Shown here: one piece after another, positions 44,601 through 45,435 of the stretch
How positions within the stretch are numbered: position 1 is the stretch's first letter
How the letters are laid out: the number at the start of each line of letters is the position of its first letter
Program-made: the position numbers and the translations under genes
Assembly: GCA_021801765.1 (NCBI GenBank)
Contig: JAJYXO010000029.1
Coordinates: 1 to 45,435, forward strand
Origin: Candidatus Micrarchaeota archaeon
GTDB taxonomy: Archaea > Micrarchaeota > Micrarchaeia > Micrarchaeales > CABMGC01
Reading direction: 5' to 3'
DNA length: 45,435 nt
Notes under the pieces: generated by a model
The model's database searches: none
Seen by the model: only the letters and a program-made list of their open reading frames with translations
Told to the model about the DNA's origin: nothing

Positions 44601-45435
44601 GATCCAGTACACAGCAACAAACTCGATAGGCATATGTGGATATATGGGGGGAGTCCAACAGAATGCTGGCACTCCAAGATTCGGGGTAGCAGCAGGGTGT
44701 GATCGCGCCTACCCATTGCCATACGTGGAGCTTATAAACTCCGGAGGCTCAAATTGCAATACGTTTAGCACGAGCAATCAAGCTCTCCAGCCAAATACAT
44801 GGTATTATCTCACTGGAACTTGGAACTCCACCACTGGCAAGATTGAGCTTTACGTAAATGGCATGCTATACGCTGAAAATCAATGTCCTACTGGCACATG
44901 GAATCCCTCCTCTATAACTCCAGGCAGCCCATTCAACTATGTTATTGGCGGAGTAGGCGGGACCAAATTTACTGGCAGAATAGCCAATTTAATGCTGTAC
45001 AATGAGTCCCTGCCAGCCTCCGAGATATACAAAATGTATGCAAATGGTATACCCCCTGACGCAACAGCCACAATTCCGCTTGCCTATGCGACCCAGGCTC
45101 CCGCATTTAACATTCCCCAAACTATACCTTTTGTAACATATACTGCAAATGCAGTGATAACTACTGGCAACCAGAATACATTCACTTACACGGTAAATAA
45201 AAACGGAGATCAGACGCTGATTATGATAGCCTCTGCAGGAGACGGCATAAGCGTTACAACCCCTTCTGGCTGCAGCACCATAGTAAACAGCACCGATCCA
45301 TACCAGGGATTCTCTGTATTGAACTGCCCTGACCAATCCTCCGGGCAGCATTCTGCAACTCTGACGGCCCTTAGCGGTTATGGCACTGCCTACATCTCTT
45401 ATGCTGCTTATGTGCTTTCACAACCGCCCCCTGGA
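41695..45435 (+). CDS. Giant (at least 1247 aa, 3'-partial) pilin-signal-anchored protein with four LamG (concanavalin-A-like lectin) domains; candidate adhesin
   Basis: Not in the ORF track. I read frame 1 codon by codon from GTG 41695 to 45435 and found no stop. N-terminus is (M)RLQISLEFMLVFTFVTTIFLFV. The linker G-W-[YW]-P-L-[DN]-G-[NS]-A-N-D-Y-S-G-N-G recurs at nt 42697, 43717 and 44383. Each module ends L-Y-[QG]-E-G or M-Y-A-N-G. There are many N-x-S/T sequons. Confidence 0.88.
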   Translation, partial: MRLQISLEFMLVFTFVTTIFLFVTTMVLDQKAVITNQQTFANLQMVAQSIAHQLNIASKAGSGYAANIPISSAFGINLYNITITRSGTVIAYAKYGRQFINAVAYSNSQGVYASNDINTNYLMLQNSFGEICVDIICANSTSGAAQISLSSISTHAALLNGNSGYIQLQSQPSWSTALTVSAWINTKATPSTGNYFEIFNNNQVFMRISGDPTDHSVDCFVKLSDGSVEPRATSGIVPLPNSWYMATCTWASNTLSIYVNGKLEDTSSRAGTLASSTVGPYIGSSEQAILPPHNTWNGLISNVQLYGTGLSSQQVHSLYQEGINAQPISGAGILGWYPLDGNANDYSGNGNNGYIHGPVLFPAVSELQAKATNKEGYAISNVLIGFATTLGNFTFGQSYANYTDANGIARAFLTQQGANGYARVKATLYTENISTSNSLVGWWPLNLDQGNFAQDISGYGSTANMIYASWSNPASVAQFNGRDSYVSLGNSLVLNTGQVTVSGWVYINSTSVDGNRHDLFDDSESTSDLGTGGGIVFAMPSESSQGEDIHFWVTINSPHNWYAANAPIITNRWAFVTGTYNGSDVNLFINGQLADSYPISGSFLQPQGSSFIGSCEQFVQGGYCGEAANGYVTNPFNGKAADLQIYNIALTPSQVKTLYGEGMSAPPIMSANAIGWYPLNGNANDYSGNGYNGTIAGGTLFVPLNSQQSESSNINASSMLSASFNGVSSYVAIPPSKSLDITGNVISLDAWVRISAPSSLSEVISNEPTGGGYYMWIDSTYRVHFGFNHGTGEVVSYAPLLQGRWYNLAGVYNGTKLSIYIDGEESNSISASLPISNANWTFIGAYGGNTVSAYTDFIKGNISDVQIYDSALPPADVSSLYQEGMAGLPLNNANLSGWWTLDGSANDYSSNANTGNAVNVTYSSQQSVPISMLYSLSGYGADFNDSTIIAASPNSMTNNWAKGWTIGGWIQYTATNSIGICGYMGGVQQNAGTPRFGVAAGCDRAYPLPYVELINSGGSNCNTFSTSNQALQPNTWYYLTGTWNSTTGKIELYVNGMLYAENQCPTGTWNPSSITPGSPFNYVIGGVGGTKFTGRIANLMLYNESLPASEIYKMYANGIPPDATATIPLAYATQAPAFNIPQTIPFVTYTANAVITTGNQNTFTYTVNKNGDQTLIMIASAGDGISVTTPSGCSTIVNSTDPYQGFSVLNCPDQSSGQHSATLTALSGYGTAYISYAAYVLSQPPPG

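Noticed and set aside
43209-45351. Minus-strand ORFs of 64-120 aa (43209-43515, 44264-44722, 44989-45351) and plus-strand 43991-44200
   Set aside because: They are shadows of the uninterrupted frame-1 LamG ORF. They are Cys/Arg/Trp-rich with no motifs.
1-45435. Looked for rRNA, CRISPR arrays, IS elements or transposases, integrases, and toxin-antitoxin pairs
   Set aside because: I recognised no DDE or tyrosine-recombinase motifs, no short direct-repeat/spacer arrays and no rRNA-like conserved stretches by eye. This absence is not proof and should be confirmed with Infernal, ISEScan or minced.

Overview
Densely coding archaeal chromosomal segment of about 45 kb. Housekeeping genes: aIF2-gamma, ribosomal S6e, L40e and L10e/uL16, Cdc48/VCP, Dph2, archease, a PAC2 proteasome chaperone, PyrB/PyrI and Tag glycosylase. 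Metabolic genes: a co-directional TCA trio (Mqo-like oxidoreductase, ICDH-family dehydrogenase, aconitase A), isoprenoid genes (type-1 IDI, MDD-family decarboxylase) and a glycosylation block (radical SAM, GT-C, GT2, GT4). Four minus-strand tRNAs are present. Two carry insertions, one of them non-canonical in the D-arm. My lineage guess is a small-genome DPANN archaeon (Micrarchaeota/ARMAN-like) or a Thermoplasmatales-like one; confidence in this is low. Three things stand out. (1) An AT-richer, translationally coupled seven-gene module at 16037-22571 encodes a VirB2-like small pilin-type protein, a polytopic membrane protein and two HerA/VirB4-clade ATPases. Each ATPase is preceded by its own small membrane protein, and a wHTH protein sits between the pairs. 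This is a candidate archaeal T4SS / Ced-Ted-like DNA or macromolecule transfer machine with an architecture I do not recognise as described. (2) An ORF of at least 1247 codons at 41695-45435 is absent from the supplied ORF track because it runs off the window. It has a class-III (pilin-type) signal peptide and four LamG lectin-like domains, sits directly behind a small pilin-like gene, and is probably a pilus or surface adhesin. (3) A 5'-truncated SNF2 helicase has an N-terminus built from near-identical 264-bp in-frame tandem repeats. I found no rRNA, CRISPR array, transposase or integrase.
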